A stretch of DNA of 64,000 nucleotides from NCBI GenBank assembly GCA_964532905.1, contig CAZHJM010000001.1, positions 121,593 to 185,592 of the forward strand, given 5' to 3'. Under the pieces are notes generated by a model that had not been told where the DNA came from, searched no databases, and saw only the letters and a program-made list of their open reading frames with translations. A program made the position numbers and the translations under genes. This document shows positions 9,139 through 19,149 of the stretch, piece by piece. Every line of letters begins with the position of its first letter. Within the stretch, counting starts at the first letter, position 1. This stretch comes from an uncultured Holosporaceae bacterium (GTDB lineage: Bacteria > Pseudomonadota > Alphaproteobacteria > UBA3830).

Positions 9139-10350
9139 TTATAATTTACTTTCAAGTTCACGTTTGTATATTTTTTGAGATAGTTTTTTTATTGTTCTCA
9201 TAATTTTTTGAAATATAACAACAAAAAAATTATTGGCTGCTACATTTCCTGATGTTGCAATTGGATCGAATATTCCATAAAACGCTATTATAAAAGCAAT
9301 CATAGAATCATCAAAACCTAAATAGTCTCTTAAAACAGGTAAAGTTACCATTATTGTTCCACTTGGTACCCCTCCACCTGCAAATTTATTTAATACAAAA
9401 AATATGGCAAACATCAAAAAATTATAAATATTTGGTAATGGTCTATTAAATGCTAACATTACAATCATTGCCATAATAGGAACAATAATTGTATCTCCTA
9501 CCATATGAAAATTTAATGTTAAAGGCATAACTGCATCTGATAAAGTTTTATCATGAGTATTTTTTCTTGCTGCATCAAGTGACATTGGCAATGCTGAAGC
9601 ACTCGACATTGTACTAAAAGCTGTAATAATTGCAGGTAAAGCATTTTTTAGTATTGTTATAGCTCTAGACAATCTGAAAGAGGAAGCAATTAGTAGCCAA
9701 ATTCCTAAATAACACCATAATATTCCACAAATTAAAACGCATATTAAAGCATTATGTTCTATAAATCCTGTCATACGACCTTCTGCAAATAATTTTAACA
9801 TAAACCCGCCGACAAAAATCGGAAGTAGAGGAATAAAGAATTTTTTCATAAATTTCATTACACAATCATGTATAAAATTAATTGACCAAGTAATATATTC
9901 ATTAGGCTTTAATGAATTATAAAATCCGATTATTATTCCAGCAATTAATGAATAGGTCGTTGGTAAAATTTTAGGTAAACTAAAATAAAAAAGTGGAAAA
10001 ATTTCTGAAAAATTAGTTGATGTTTCGCAAGCCTGAATATCAGATAATAAAAAAAAGCCAATAGCTCCAGATACTAATATGTTACAAAAATTAGATACTA
10101 ATACAGTTAACATCAAGCTTATAACGAAAATCATTCCTTGCTGTTGTATATTTGATAATGCAACGGCAACAAAGCTAAAAAGCAGAAATGGTAAAACAAA
10201 GACTAAGAGTTCACGCAAACAAGTACTAATTGTCAGTAAAAACCTAATAACATCTATAGATAGACTCTTATAGAATAGGCTTGATAATACAATAACTAAT
10301 ATTAGTTGTAGAAAAGAATTTAATAATAATTTTCTTAATATTTTAAACAT
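9139..10350 (-). CDS. dicarboxylate/amino acid:cation symporter (DAACS/GltP family)
   Basis: 403 aa and polytopic. Family-like motifs are FSTMSSASALPMSL, GGVPSGTIMVTLPVL and DPIATSGNVAANNF. Confidence 0.78.
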   Translation of the reverse strand: MFKILRKLLLNSFLQLILVIVLSSLFYKSLSIDVIRFLLTISTCLRELLVFVLPFLLFSFVAVALSNIQQQGMIFVISLMLTVLVSNFCNILVSGAIGFFLLSDIQACETSTNFSEIFPLFYFSLPKILPTTYSLIAGIIIGFYNSLKPNEYITWSINFIHDCVMKFMKKFFIPLLPIFVGGFMLKLFAEGRMTGFIEHNALICVLICGILWCYLGIWLLIASSFRLSRAITILKNALPAIITAFSTMSSASALPMSLDAARKNTHDKTLSDAVMPLTLNFHMVGDTIIVPIMAMIVMLAFNRPLPNIYNFLMFAIFFVLNKFAGGGVPSGTIMVTLPVLRDYLGFDDSMIAFIIAFYGIFDPIATSGNVAANNFFVVIFQKIMRTIKKLSQKIYKRELESKL

Positions 10351-10364
10351 ATTTTATGCTTTCG

Positions 10365-10985
10365 TTATAATAAAGAAGAAATTACATCAACACAGCATCT
10401 TAACGATTCTTCTATACTTTGTTTTGTTGTATCTATTAAATGATAGCTATTATCATAATGTAAAGGAGCGATATCCCGTTTAATATCTTGTTCATCTCGT
10501 CTTTTTATATCTGCTAAAATATCATTATATTTGATATGTTCATTAACTTTTTTCAAATCTTGGAAACGACGTTTTGCTCTCGTCTCTAAATCTGCTGTAA
10601 TAAATAATTTACAAAAAGCATCAGGGAAGACAACCGTTCCAATATCTCTTCCATCTAATACACAGAATTCTTTACTATGATAATTAACAAAATCTCGTTG
10701 CATTTTTAGCATTAATTCACGAATTTGTGGATCTTTTGCTAGATTTGATGTTCTGATTCCATTTTCTTCTGAACGTAAAACATTATTATTAAATTTTTGC
10801 GAAAATTTTATAACATCAAATACTGACAAATTGCACAATTCTTCTAAAGGCTTATTAAGGTATGCTATTGTCCTATATAGCATTCCTGTATCGAGATAAA
10901 TGAATTGAAAATGTTCAGAAATTTTTCGAGCTAAAGTACCTTTCCCGCTGCATGCGGGACCATCTATAGCTACAACAGAGTTCAT
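10365..10985 (-). CDS. cmk: (d)CMP kinase
   Basis: 206 aa. P-loop VVAIDGPACSGKGT and the typical Cmk layout. Confidence 0.88.
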   Translation of the reverse strand: MNSVVAIDGPACSGKGTLARKISEHFQFIYLDTGMLYRTIAYLNKPLEELCNLSVFDVIKFSQKFNNNVLRSEENGIRTSNLAKDPQIRELMLKMQRDFVNYHSKEFCVLDGRDIGTVVFPDAFCKLFITADLETRAKRRFQDLKKVNEHIKYNDILADIKRRDEQDIKRDIAPLHYDNSYHLIDTTKQSIEESLRCCVDVISSLL

Positions 10986-11911
10986 TTATCTAATCCCAAC
11001 TCTAAGTTCTTACCATCTACTTTAATTCCAGTAACAAGAAGTAGTGGAGCAGATAAACATATAGAAGAAAATGTTCCAAATATTAAGCCAAATAAAATAG
11101 GGAAACAAAAATCAAAAATCACTTTCCCACCAAAGAAACATAAAGCTAATAGCGATAATACTGTTGTGGTAGAAGTCAAAATAGTTCTAGACAATGTTTC
11201 ATTCATAGACTTATTTAGCAATTCTTTTATAGTTAAAGATTTGTATGATATTATATTTTCGCGGATGCGATCAAAAATAACAACGGTATCATGAATTGAA
11301 TAACTCGCTGTCATGAGCAATGCCACTATTGAATTAGCACTAAATTCAAAATAATGTACAACAGAATATAATCCCATAAGAGCTATACAATCATGAGCAA
11401 GCGAAATAACTCCACAAATAGCATATTCCCATTCAAATCTTGACCAAATATATATTAGAATAGCTATTAATGATATCAATACAGCAATAATAGCATCGTG
11501 CACTAATTCTGCTCCTACTTTAGGTCCTATTTTTTCTATTTTTCGATATTCTATATTGTCTCCTAATGCTTCTTTAACTTTTTCTATAGAAGCATTTTGA
11601 GATTCTTGAGTTTCATTAGTATTACTAGGAATCCTAATTAATACATCATTTTTGGAACCAAATTCTTGTAGATATACTTCACCTATATTCAATTTAGTTA
11701 GCTTATCTCTAAGTTCTCCAATATTTGCTTCTTGCTGCGTACGGATTTCCATCAAGAATCCACCACGGAAATCTATTCCAAAATTTAATCCATTAAAAAT
11801 AAATGCAAAAATACTAGTTAGTACAACAATTATTGAAAATAAATAAGTAAATTTACGAAATCCAACAAAATCAATTTTTGTATCATGGGGGATAAGTTTA
11901 TAAAATTCCAT
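10982..11911 (-). CDS. secF: protein translocase subunit SecF
   Basis: 309 aa with the SecF-type 6-TM layout. It follows secD, and its stop overlaps the cmk start. Confidence 0.92.
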   Translation of the reverse strand: MEFYKLIPHDTKIDFVGFRKFTYLFSIIVVLTSIFAFIFNGLNFGIDFRGGFLMEIRTQQEANIGELRDKLTKLNIGEVYLQEFGSKNDVLIRIPSNTNETQESQNASIEKVKEALGDNIEYRKIEKIGPKVGAELVHDAIIAVLISLIAILIYIWSRFEWEYAICGVISLAHDCIALMGLYSVVHYFEFSANSIVALLMTASYSIHDTVVIFDRIRENIISYKSLTIKELLNKSMNETLSRTILTSTTTVLSLLALCFFGGKVIFDFCFPILFGLIFGTFSSICLSAPLLLVTGIKVDGKNLELGLDK

Positions 11912-11926
11912 AATTATAATCCTTTC

Positions 11927-13498
11927 TTACATAGGAATCTTGATAGTATATTTCATTTTCAACAATGTAGAGACAATATATCTTGTCAATGTTGTTGATG
12001 TAAAGAATGATATAATTGTTCCTAATATTGTTGTAATTGCAAAACCTTTCACAGGGCCTGTTCCAAAATAATATAAACATGACATCCCTATAATAGTATT
12101 AAGATTTGTATCAATAATAGATGTCATAGCTAAATTATACCCTTGTTCAATAGCCTTTATTAGCTTATCACCTTTACGGATATATTCTTTAATACGTTCA
12201 TTAATTAGAACATTTGCATCAACAGCCATACCTACTGTTAAAGCAATACCGGCAATACCTGGTAAAGTTAAAGTGGCTTGCAAACATGATAACCCTGCTA
12301 GTAATAAAATCAAATTAACTACTACAGCAACATCTGCTATTAAACCAAAAGAAGAATACCATAAATACATAAACACTAACACGAATAGTCCAGAAACAAC
12401 TGTTGCCAAAATTCCTGAATGTATGGAATCTGCTCCTAAATCAGGACCTACTGTCTTTTCTTCAATAATATTTAAAGGAGCAGGTAAAGCTCCGGCTTTT
12501 AACAGAATAGATAAGTCACGTGCACTTTCTGTAGTAAAGTTTCCAGAAATGATACCACTTCCTCCTGTAATAGCACTTTTAATAGTTGGAGCGCTAATAA
12601 CTTTATTATCGAGAAGAATAGCAAATCTTTTATTTATATTAGCTTTTGTAGCATCACCAAATTTCTTTGCTCCAATTTTATTAAAAGAAAAAGATACAGC
12701 AGGATTGCCATACTCATCAGTTGTTACTCCAGCTGATAAAAGATTCTCTCCTCCAACTATTACATGTTTTTTTACAGCGATGTACCCGCCTGTATCTGAT
12801 TCTACATACATACTGCCAAGAGGAGCCACAGCGCTTTTTTTCTCATTTACTACAGGAACTGATTCATCAACCAAACGAAATGTTAATTTCGCAGTTTTAC
12901 CCAACAATTCTTTCACTTTGCTAGGATCTTGTAAGCCGGGAATCTGTAACAAAATGCGATCATCACCTTGTCTTTGTATATTTGGTTCCTTTGTTCCAGT
13001 ATCATCTACTCTTTTTCTTACGCTTTCTATTGATCTATCAACTGCATTAGCTTTCCTTAATTTCAATGCCTCCTCAGTAGGAGTCATTGTTACATGAGTT
13101 CCTGAAATAGTTACTTTAAAGTCTGGATCAATAGCTGCTAATACAGAGCGTGCTTTTCCTATCTTGGAAGTGTCTTTTAAATCAAATTCTACAGATTTTT
13201 GATCTTTTGCTATGGTTCTTGGGAAATTAGCGGCATAAGGTATGGATTCTTTTCTTAATGTTTGTCTTGCTGCGTCTAACTGCTGATTAAGATAATCATT
13301 TTCAACAGTAGCTAAATCCACTTCAAGCAACAAATGAGCACCGCCACTTAAATCCAAACCGAGATTAACTTTCTTATTAGGAAGAAAATCCGGTAAATTA
13401 TTTAAAACACTTTTCGGTAATATATTAGGTAAAGCAAATAAAACACCGAATATACAGACACATGCAATTAATATCTCTTTCCATTTTGGAAAATTCAT
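11927..13498 (-). CDS. secD: protein translocase subunit SecD
   Basis: 523 aa. It has an N-terminal TM, a large periplasmic domain (LGLDLSGGAHLLLEVD), and a C-terminal RND-like TM bundle. Confidence 0.93.
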   Translation of the reverse strand: MNFPKWKEILIACVCIFGVLFALPNILPKSVLNNLPDFLPNKKVNLGLDLSGGAHLLLEVDLATVENDYLNQQLDAARQTLRKESIPYAANFPRTIAKDQKSVEFDLKDTSKIGKARSVLAAIDPDFKVTISGTHVTMTPTEEALKLRKANAVDRSIESVRKRVDDTGTKEPNIQRQGDDRILLQIPGLQDPSKVKELLGKTAKLTFRLVDESVPVVNEKKSAVAPLGSMYVESDTGGYIAVKKHVIVGGENLLSAGVTTDEYGNPAVSFSFNKIGAKKFGDATKANINKRFAILLDNKVISAPTIKSAITGGSGIISGNFTTESARDLSILLKAGALPAPLNIIEEKTVGPDLGADSIHSGILATVVSGLFVLVFMYLWYSSFGLIADVAVVVNLILLLAGLSCLQATLTLPGIAGIALTVGMAVDANVLINERIKEYIRKGDKLIKAIEQGYNLAMTSIIDTNLNTIIGMSCLYYFGTGPVKGFAITTILGTIISFFTSTTLTRYIVSTLLKMKYTIKIPM

Positions 13499-13509
13499 AG
13501 CAAACTCCT

Positions 13510-13902
13510 TTATTTTTTACCGTCTTTTTTTGTTGTAGTTTTAGTAGCGGTGGTTTCTTGTTTGTCTGTAGATTTACTTTTTTCTAAAACATCTCCAATA
13601 GAGGTCTTTAAAACTCTAATACGGACACCTTCCGCTATTTCTAACGATATTTCATTATTATTTAAAACTTTATGAACAATTCCGATAATTCCTCCTAAAG
13701 TTACAATCTGATCTCCTTTTTTCAAATTAGAAATCATTTGTCTTTTTTTTGCTTCTCTTTTCTGCTGGGGTCTCATCATTAGAAAATAAAAGACTATCAT
13801 TATTAGAAAAATAGGTAACATACTATGCAACATAGAAGGCTGATGCGCCGTTGTCTGTTGCTCATTGGTAGTTTTTACTGTAGTTTGAGTATTATTTGCC
13901 AT
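13510..13902 (-). CDS. yajC: preprotein translocase subunit YajC
   Basis: 130 aa. Single TM followed by MRPQQKREAKKRQMISNLKKGDQIVTLGGIIG, the YajC signature. It lies upstream of secDF. Confidence 0.85.
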   Translation of the reverse strand: MANNTQTTVKTTNEQQTTAHQPSMLHSMLPIFLIMIVFYFLMMRPQQKREAKKRQMISNLKKGDQIVTLGGIIGIVHKVLNNNEISLEIAEGVRIRVLKTSIGDVLEKSKSTDKQETTATKTTTKKDGKK

Positions 13903-13918
13903 TATTTGCCTCCATATG

Positions 13919-14863
13919 TTATTTACCTAAATATTTTTCTGGATTTAAAGGAGTACTATCCTTCATAATTTCAAAGTGCAATTGAGGTGAAGTTACATTC
14001 CCTGTATTACCAACAGTACCAACAACTGCTCCTTGCTTTATTTTAGCTCCTTGTTTTGTTGTTATACTTCCCATATTTGCATATGATGAAATCAAACCAT
14101 CATTATGCTTGACAACAACCACATTACCAAATGACTCATCTAAATTATTCCCGGCATAGATGACATCTCCATCTGATACAGCACATACTTTTGTACCTGG
14201 TGCTGCTTTAATATTAATCCCGTCATTCGGTAAACCATCATTCATTTCACCAAACTTAGACACTATATCTCCCTTAACAGGCCATACCATTTTTTTTGCT
14301 GTAGAAACCTGTTTTTCAGTTTTATCTACAATATCAGCTCCTGTTGCTGTTTTTGTTACTTTAGGAGAAGATAATATCTTTTCTTGTTCATTGAAACTTG
14401 TTTCTTTCCCTGATGAAGAAGCATTGTAATACGCAGGGGATTCTTTTTTATTTTCTTTCTTGCGTTCTTTATGTTCGTTTGTCATTAACTTATCAAAACG
14501 CTCATCCAAGTTATCTTTTTCAGATGATTTTTGTTTGTTTTCATCGATTTGTACAGGAGTATACAAAGTATTTTCTGAAGGTTTAACATCTTCTTCTGAT
14601 GGTAATTTCAATATCTGACCATTTCTAACGTTATAAGGTGCTTTAATATTATTTAATGCAGCTAAATTCATTGGATCAATATTAAACTTATTTGCTACAT
14701 CAAATAATGTTTCATTATTTTTAACGGTATAAGTATTATTCACCTCAGCAACAGGCAGATATCCGCCTAATCCATCGTCTATTTTAATTTCAACAGGAGA
14801 TAACGAAGTTCTTTCGCATCCCACCATTAAAATAGCACCTAATATTAATAAGTTTTTACACAT
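13919..14863 (-). CDS. nlpD: LysM-domain M23 peptidase lipoprotein (NlpD-like)
   Basis: Lipobox LMVGC. LysM segment YTVKNNETLFDVANKFNIDPMNLAALNNI. M23 motifs GINIKAAPGTKV, VVVKHNDGLISSYANM and GNTGNVTSPQLHFEI. Confidence 0.85.
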   Translation of the reverse strand: MCKNLLILGAILMVGCERTSLSPVEIKIDDGLGGYLPVAEVNNTYTVKNNETLFDVANKFNIDPMNLAALNNIKAPYNVRNGQILKLPSEEDVKPSENTLYTPVQIDENKQKSSEKDNLDERFDKLMTNEHKERKKENKKESPAYYNASSSGKETSFNEQEKILSSPKVTKTATGADIVDKTEKQVSTAKKMVWPVKGDIVSKFGEMNDGLPNDGINIKAAPGTKVCAVSDGDVIYAGNNLDESFGNVVVVKHNDGLISSYANMGSITTKQGAKIKQGAVVGTVGNTGNVTSPQLHFEIMKDSTPLNPEKYLGK

Positions 14864-15647
14864 TTGGTTTAAACAACTCCTCTAACTTATCTATACATTG
14901 TACATATTCATATCTATTTAGCATAGGAGTAATGGTTACAAATTTTTCTTTTTCTAAAAGCGTTAGATCAGAATTTGATTCTTCTTCTTTTGCTTTATAA
15001 GTTGCTCGAAGCCAATAGTATGGATGTTCTACTGGATCTAGTCTTTTATACACATGCCAAGTTATATCCATCTTTCCTTGAGTAGCTATTCTAATTCCTT
15101 TTACATCTCTTAATGCTACATCAGGGAAATTAATATTCATACATACTCCATCTGGCCAGCTAAATGACATTAATTTTTTTATAATATCATGCAAGTAATG
15201 TTCTATAACCGGAAATTTAATGGGGGCTACTACACCTGAAAAATCCTGGCTGACGGCTATCGCCTTAATATTTTGAGAACTTGCGGCAAAAGTAGCGCCC
15301 AAAGTACCAGATAGTCCAATAAAATCTCCTATATTAGAACCATGATTAATTCCTGATAAAACTAAATCTGGTTTTTTATCTTTTAGAATTTCCCCTAAAG
15401 CTACAAATACACAATCAGCTGGTGTACCTGAAACAGAAAATTTACGAGGAGAAATTTCTTTTACTCTTAAAATATCATCAAAAGTAACAGAATATCCTTT
15501 ACCACTTTGTCCGACTTCTGGCGCTACAACCCAAACATCCGGTGTTATTGCATTAGCTATACGCTCTAATGCCTTGATACCATTTGCGTTAATGCTATCA
15601 TCATTTGTAATTAATATTCTCATTTTCGATAAAGTAGAATTAGCCAT
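14856..15647 (-). CDS. surE: 5'/3'-nucleotidase SurE
   Basis: 263 aa. MRILITNDDSINANGIKALE is the SurE N-terminal signature. Confidence 0.92.
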   Translation of the reverse strand: MANSTLSKMRILITNDDSINANGIKALERIANAITPDVWVVAPEVGQSGKGYSVTFDDILRVKEISPRKFSVSGTPADCVFVALGEILKDKKPDLVLSGINHGSNIGDFIGLSGTLGATFAASSQNIKAIAVSQDFSGVVAPIKFPVIEHYLHDIIKKLMSFSWPDGVCMNINFPDVALRDVKGIRIATQGKMDITWHVYKRLDPVEHPYYWLRATYKAKEEESNSDLTLLEKEKFVTITPMLNRYEYVQCIDKLEELFKPNV

Positions 15648-16911
15648 TTGTTTTTATCTCCCTTAATCCTCCCATATAGGGAACTAGCGCATCAGGAATC
15701 CTAATACTTCCATCTTCCCTTTGATAATTTTCCATAATAGCGACTATAGTTCTACCAATAGCGAGACCTGAGCCATTAAGTGTCGCAACAAAGCCTTTAT
15801 CATTTTTACCCTTATAACGAGCATTCATACGTCTCGCCTGGAATTGTCCACATAGGGAACAGCTCGAAATTTCACGGTATGTATTCTCTCCAGGTAGCCA
15901 TACTTCCAAATCATACGTTTTACTGGCAGAAAAACCCATATCTCCTGTGGATAATAACATAACACGATAAGATAAACCTAATTTTTTGAGAATATTTTCC
16001 GCAACATTAGTCATTCGTTCAAGTTCTTTTTCTCCATCATCAGGATGAACTATACTAACTAACTCTACCTTAGAAAATTGGTGATTTCTTATCATACCTC
16101 TTGTATCGCGTCCTGCTGCCCCAGCTTCAGACCTAAAACAGGCAGAATAAGCCGTAACTCTAATAGGTAAATTTTCTACAGTAACAATACTGTCTCTTAC
16201 CAAATTCGTTAAAGGAACCTCTGCGGTAGGTATTAACCATCTATTATCAGTCGTTTGAAATGAATCTTCCGCAAATTTTGGTAATTGTCCTGTACCAAAC
16301 ATAGAATCTGACTTTACTAAGAAAGGTACAGATACTTCTTGATAACCGAACCCTTTAGTATGATTGTCTAACATAAAATTCTTTAAAGCTCTCTCCATGA
16401 GGGCTATAGCACCTTTAAGAATAGTAAAACGACTACCCGAAATTTTTGCTGCTGATTGAAAATCAATTAAACCTAGGTTTTCTCCTAATTCATAATGCCT
16501 CTTTGGTTTAAAATTAAATACAGGAATATCTCCTACGACTCTTATGCACTTATTAAATGTTTCATCTTTTCCGATAGGAACATCTTGTAATGGTATATTT
16601 GGTAATGAACAAAGTATGTTATTTAATTCTGTATTTGAAGTTATTTCATCTTTTTCCAATCTAATAAGTTTGTCTTTTATTTCGGATGATTGCGTTTCTA
16701 AATCTGAAGTATCTTGATTATTGCTTTTCATAAAACCAATTTTTGACGCCAATTCATTACGTTTGGACTGTAATTGCTGTAATTCAGCCATCACATCTCT
16801 TCTTCTTCCGTCAATTTGTAATATTTTATCAGCAATAGGCGGTAATCCTCTGTTAGATAATACATTATCAAATAATGAAGAATGTTCTCTAATCCATTTT
16901 ATGTCATGCAT
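15640..16911 (-). CDS. serS: serine--tRNA ligase
   Basis: Class II aaRS motifs (FRSEAGAAGRDTRGMIRNHQF, GSGLAIGRT) and an N-terminal coiled-coil arm. I trimmed the start to MHDIKWIREH; the ORF extends 8 codons further, to 16935. Confidence 0.94.
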   Translation of the reverse strand: MHDIKWIREHSSLFDNVLSNRGLPPIADKILQIDGRRRDVMAELQQLQSKRNELASKIGFMKSNNQDTSDLETQSSEIKDKLIRLEKDEITSNTELNNILCSLPNIPLQDVPIGKDETFNKCIRVVGDIPVFNFKPKRHYELGENLGLIDFQSAAKISGSRFTILKGAIALMERALKNFMLDNHTKGFGYQEVSVPFLVKSDSMFGTGQLPKFAEDSFQTTDNRWLIPTAEVPLTNLVRDSIVTVENLPIRVTAYSACFRSEAGAAGRDTRGMIRNHQFSKVELVSIVHPDDGEKELERMTNVAENILKKLGLSYRVMLLSTGDMGFSASKTYDLEVWLPGENTYREISSCSLCGQFQARRMNARYKGKNDKGFVATLNGSGLAIGRTIVAIMENYQREDGSIRIPDALVPYMGGLREIKTNG

Positions 16912-17149
16912 AATCATTACCAAAACAAATATCATGAAACATTATCACATTTTAGGTAATAAGACAAATTTTTTCATTAAATTTACAGGTTATGAGAATA
17001 TTTTAATTTTTTATTGTAATGAACTATTCTATCATTTTGTTATTGTAAAAATGTTTACTAAACAAAGGCTTCACAACGAAAATTGGTAAAAATTATATAA
17101 AATAAAGAGTAAAATAATTTATATCCCTCCTCTTCTTTAAAGATAATTA

Positions 17150-17419
17150 TTAATTATCATCATAGTGTCCCCAAAGAGAAATTATTTTAACTATTTTTTC
17201 TTTTTTAAGAACTTCATATACCAATCTATGTTCTATATTAATTCTTCGACTATATACATTCTTTAATCCTATTAATTTTTTAAATTTAGGCGATGTTGTA
17301 TATAGATCATTTTCAATAATTTTTAGCAGTTTAACTGTTTTATCCTTTAAACCCGCCCTTTTTAATTTCAAAGAATCTGCAACTGTTCTTTTTGTATATT
17401 TGATTTTCCAAATCACCAT
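17150..17419 (-). CDS. yoeB: YoeB/Txe family toxin (RelE superfamily mRNA interferase)
   Basis: 89 aa. YSRRINIEHRLVYEV...SLWGHY matches the YoeB signature. It overlaps the antitoxin stop by 7 nt. Confidence 0.88.
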   Translation of the reverse strand: MVIWKIKYTKRTVADSLKLKRAGLKDKTVKLLKIIENDLYTTSPKFKKLIGLKNVYSRRINIEHRLVYEVLKKEKIVKIISLWGHYDDN

Positions 17420-17652
17420 AATAATTTATCCTGACACTCAGATATAGGTGTGTGTATTCCATTAATTATATCTTCTCTGGTTTTAGGATTTGACATTAAA
17501 TAATTTGTTTCTTGTATAGAATTCCATTCTTCTTCTGATACAAGTACGCAATTCCCCGCATTTGAAGTGATTAACACAGGTTCTCCAATAGATGTACTAG
17601 CTAATAACCCAAAAATCTTTTGTCTTGCATTTGAGGCGCTTATAATTTCCAT
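17413..17652 (-). CDS. yefM: Phd/YefM family antitoxin
   Basis: 79 aa with a YefM-like N-terminus (SASNARQKIFGLL...PVLITSNAGNCVLVSEEEWNSIQET). It lies directly upstream of yoeB. Confidence 0.85.
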   Translation of the reverse strand: MEIISASNARQKIFGLLASTSIGEPVLITSNAGNCVLVSEEEWNSIQETNYLMSNPKTREDIINGIHTPISECQDKLLW

Positions 17653-17667
17653 TCTTAATCTCCATTA

Positions 17668-17685
17668 TGTACAATATATTGTACA
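17668..17685. promoter_or_regulatory. perfect 18-bp palindrome TGTACAATATATTGTACA, putative YefM-YoeB operator
   Basis: Lies 16 bp upstream of the yefM start. TGTACA core hexamers are the recognised operator half-sites of E. coli yefM-yoeB. Confidence 0.6.
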
Positions 17686-17709
17686 ATAGTTTGAAGATTG
17701 TGTCAACTA

Positions 17710-17988
17710 TTAATACCCTTCACCATTTTTCATAGCAATGAGGCTTATAAATTCTGATTGCACTGATTTGCATCTAGGGTCATGAGGATTCGTTAGAATT
17801 CTTTGTGTTTCCGGATCTGCTTTCATTTGTTCTAGACGCAGTGATGCATCAATTGGCGTTAAATTATTATATCCTCTGGAATCACTATCCATAGAAAGTT
17901 CTTCTATCGTCGCTAACAAATTCATCAAAGGCGGTGACATACATATAACATATAACTCTTGCTTAATTTGGTCTGCTATTCTTCGCAA
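17710..17988 (-). CDS. hypothetical protein
   Basis: 92-aa ORF with a TTG start (an internal ATG is possible). No motif recognised. It is co-directional with yefM-yoeB. Confidence 0.3.
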   Translation of the reverse strand: MRRIADQIKQELYVICMSPPLMNLLATIEELSMDSDSRGYNNLTPIDASLRLEQMKADPETQRILTNPHDPRCKSVQSEFISLIAMKNGEGY

Positions 17989-18039
17989 TTATAATCAATC
18001 TTCTTGCATCGTTCTGAGCCCCTTTTCTTCTACATACTT

Positions 18040-18178
18040 CGTCATTCTGAACAGAAACATTCCATATCTTTGTTATTCTCTCCTTTTGGTCATTCTGAGA
18101 GAGAATACCAATAATTTTTTATTCTGAGTGTTCTACACCTCTCCGTCATTCTGAGTGAACAAAGTGAGCGTGAGAATC
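18040..18178. repeat. repeat cluster 4: left inverted arm flanking the OMP gene (S/R modules, minus orientation)
   Basis: Runs from cgtcattctgaacagaaacattccat to ccgtcattctgagtgaacaaagtgagcgtgagaatc. It aligns to the reverse complement of 19150-19439. Confidence 0.85.
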
Positions 18179-18336
18179 CATTCATTTTTACGCAATCATA
18201 TTCTTATAATTCATTGTGATAAAAAAGTAACATTTATTTAAAATTTTAAATAAATTACAAATACTTTCTTCCAAAGATGTTATATATAATAACGTATTGT
18301 ACATGTTGTATAATGTTTTTTAGTAAGGAGAATAAT

Positions 18337-19086
18337 ATGAAAAAATTAGTATTATCAGCTTGTGCTGCAGCTTTTGTATTTGGAGCGGCAGATATTAAAG
18401 CAGAAGACACAACGGCAGTCGTTTCAGAAGGTCAATCCTGTGCTCAGGACGGTTTTTATGCCGGCTTAGGACTTGGCGTTAATTATACTGAAGTTTTATT
18501 GGATGATTATGAAATCGCATATAACGATCATAATTATGAAAACCATAATAAAGGATCAAACCCAATGTTATCAGTTGTATTGGGATACATGTGGCATGTG
18601 AAAGAGCGTTTTCATATAGGTCTTGAAGCATCAGTAGATCTAGGGAAAGCATGCATATATCATCAAGAGAATCAAACGTCTGGCGGCGCAGGTCAATATT
18701 TTGATGCAACAACAAGCTTAAATGGTATTACTCCATTTTTGGGTTTAAAATTTGGTTTTGTTGACTGTGAAAGTAAAATTATGCCTTATCTAACTTTAGG
18801 AGCTTCTTATACAGTAGCTAAGTCTATTTACAAAGATTGGGAAGATCCGAATAATCCTATTACATATCATCAAAAAGTATGTAAAATAGCCCCAACTGTA
18901 AAAATTGGTTTTACAAAACCTGTTCGTAACAATTGGATGTTAAGTGCTGAGGCAAGCTGGAGAGCCGCAACTGACAAGTCAAAAGATTATACTAAAGATG
19001 GTTTAACAGATACAGTTAAACTAAAGAATAAGGATTCTTTTGCATTTAGATTGTTAATGACACATTCTTTTAAGTTTGGTCGCTAA
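18337..19086 (+). CDS. outer-membrane beta-barrel protein (OmpA-like/porin-family surface antigen)
   Basis: Start set at the ATG preceded by AAGGAG. Signal peptide MKKLVLSACAAAFVFGAADIKA. Alternating-hydrophobic beta-strand pattern rich in G/Y, with an aromatic-rich C-terminus (SFKFGR). Confidence 0.75.
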   Translation: MKKLVLSACAAAFVFGAADIKAEDTTAVVSEGQSCAQDGFYAGLGLGVNYTEVLLDDYEIAYNDHNYENHNKGSNPMLSVVLGYMWHVKERFHIGLEASVDLGKACIYHQENQTSGGAGQYFDATTSLNGITPFLGLKFGFVDCESKIMPYLTLGASYTVAKSIYKDWEDPNNPITYHQKVCKIAPTVKIGFTKPVRNNWMLSAEASWRAATDKSKDYTKDGLTDTVKLKNKDSFAFRLLMTHSFKFGR

Positions 19087-19106
19087 TTTTTGATTCTGTA
19101 CAAATG

Positions 19107-19145
19107 AAGGACTCATATTGTTTATGAGTCCTTTTTTGTTTTTAT
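19107..19145 (+). terminator. rho-independent terminator of the OMP gene
   Basis: 10-bp stem aaggactcat / atgagtcctt with a 7-nt loop, followed by a T-run. Confidence 0.75.
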
Positions 19146-19149
19146 TGTA

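Noticed and set aside
12273-13097. 274-aa ORF on the + strand
   Set aside because: It lies entirely antisense to secD, which has clear family motifs. The product is low-complexity (S/T/P/A-rich) with no motif. It is a typical shadow ORF.
15946-15954. Perfect DnaA-box sequence TGTGGATAA
   Set aside because: It is a single copy inside the serS coding region, 12 kb from dnaA, so it is not evidence for an origin.
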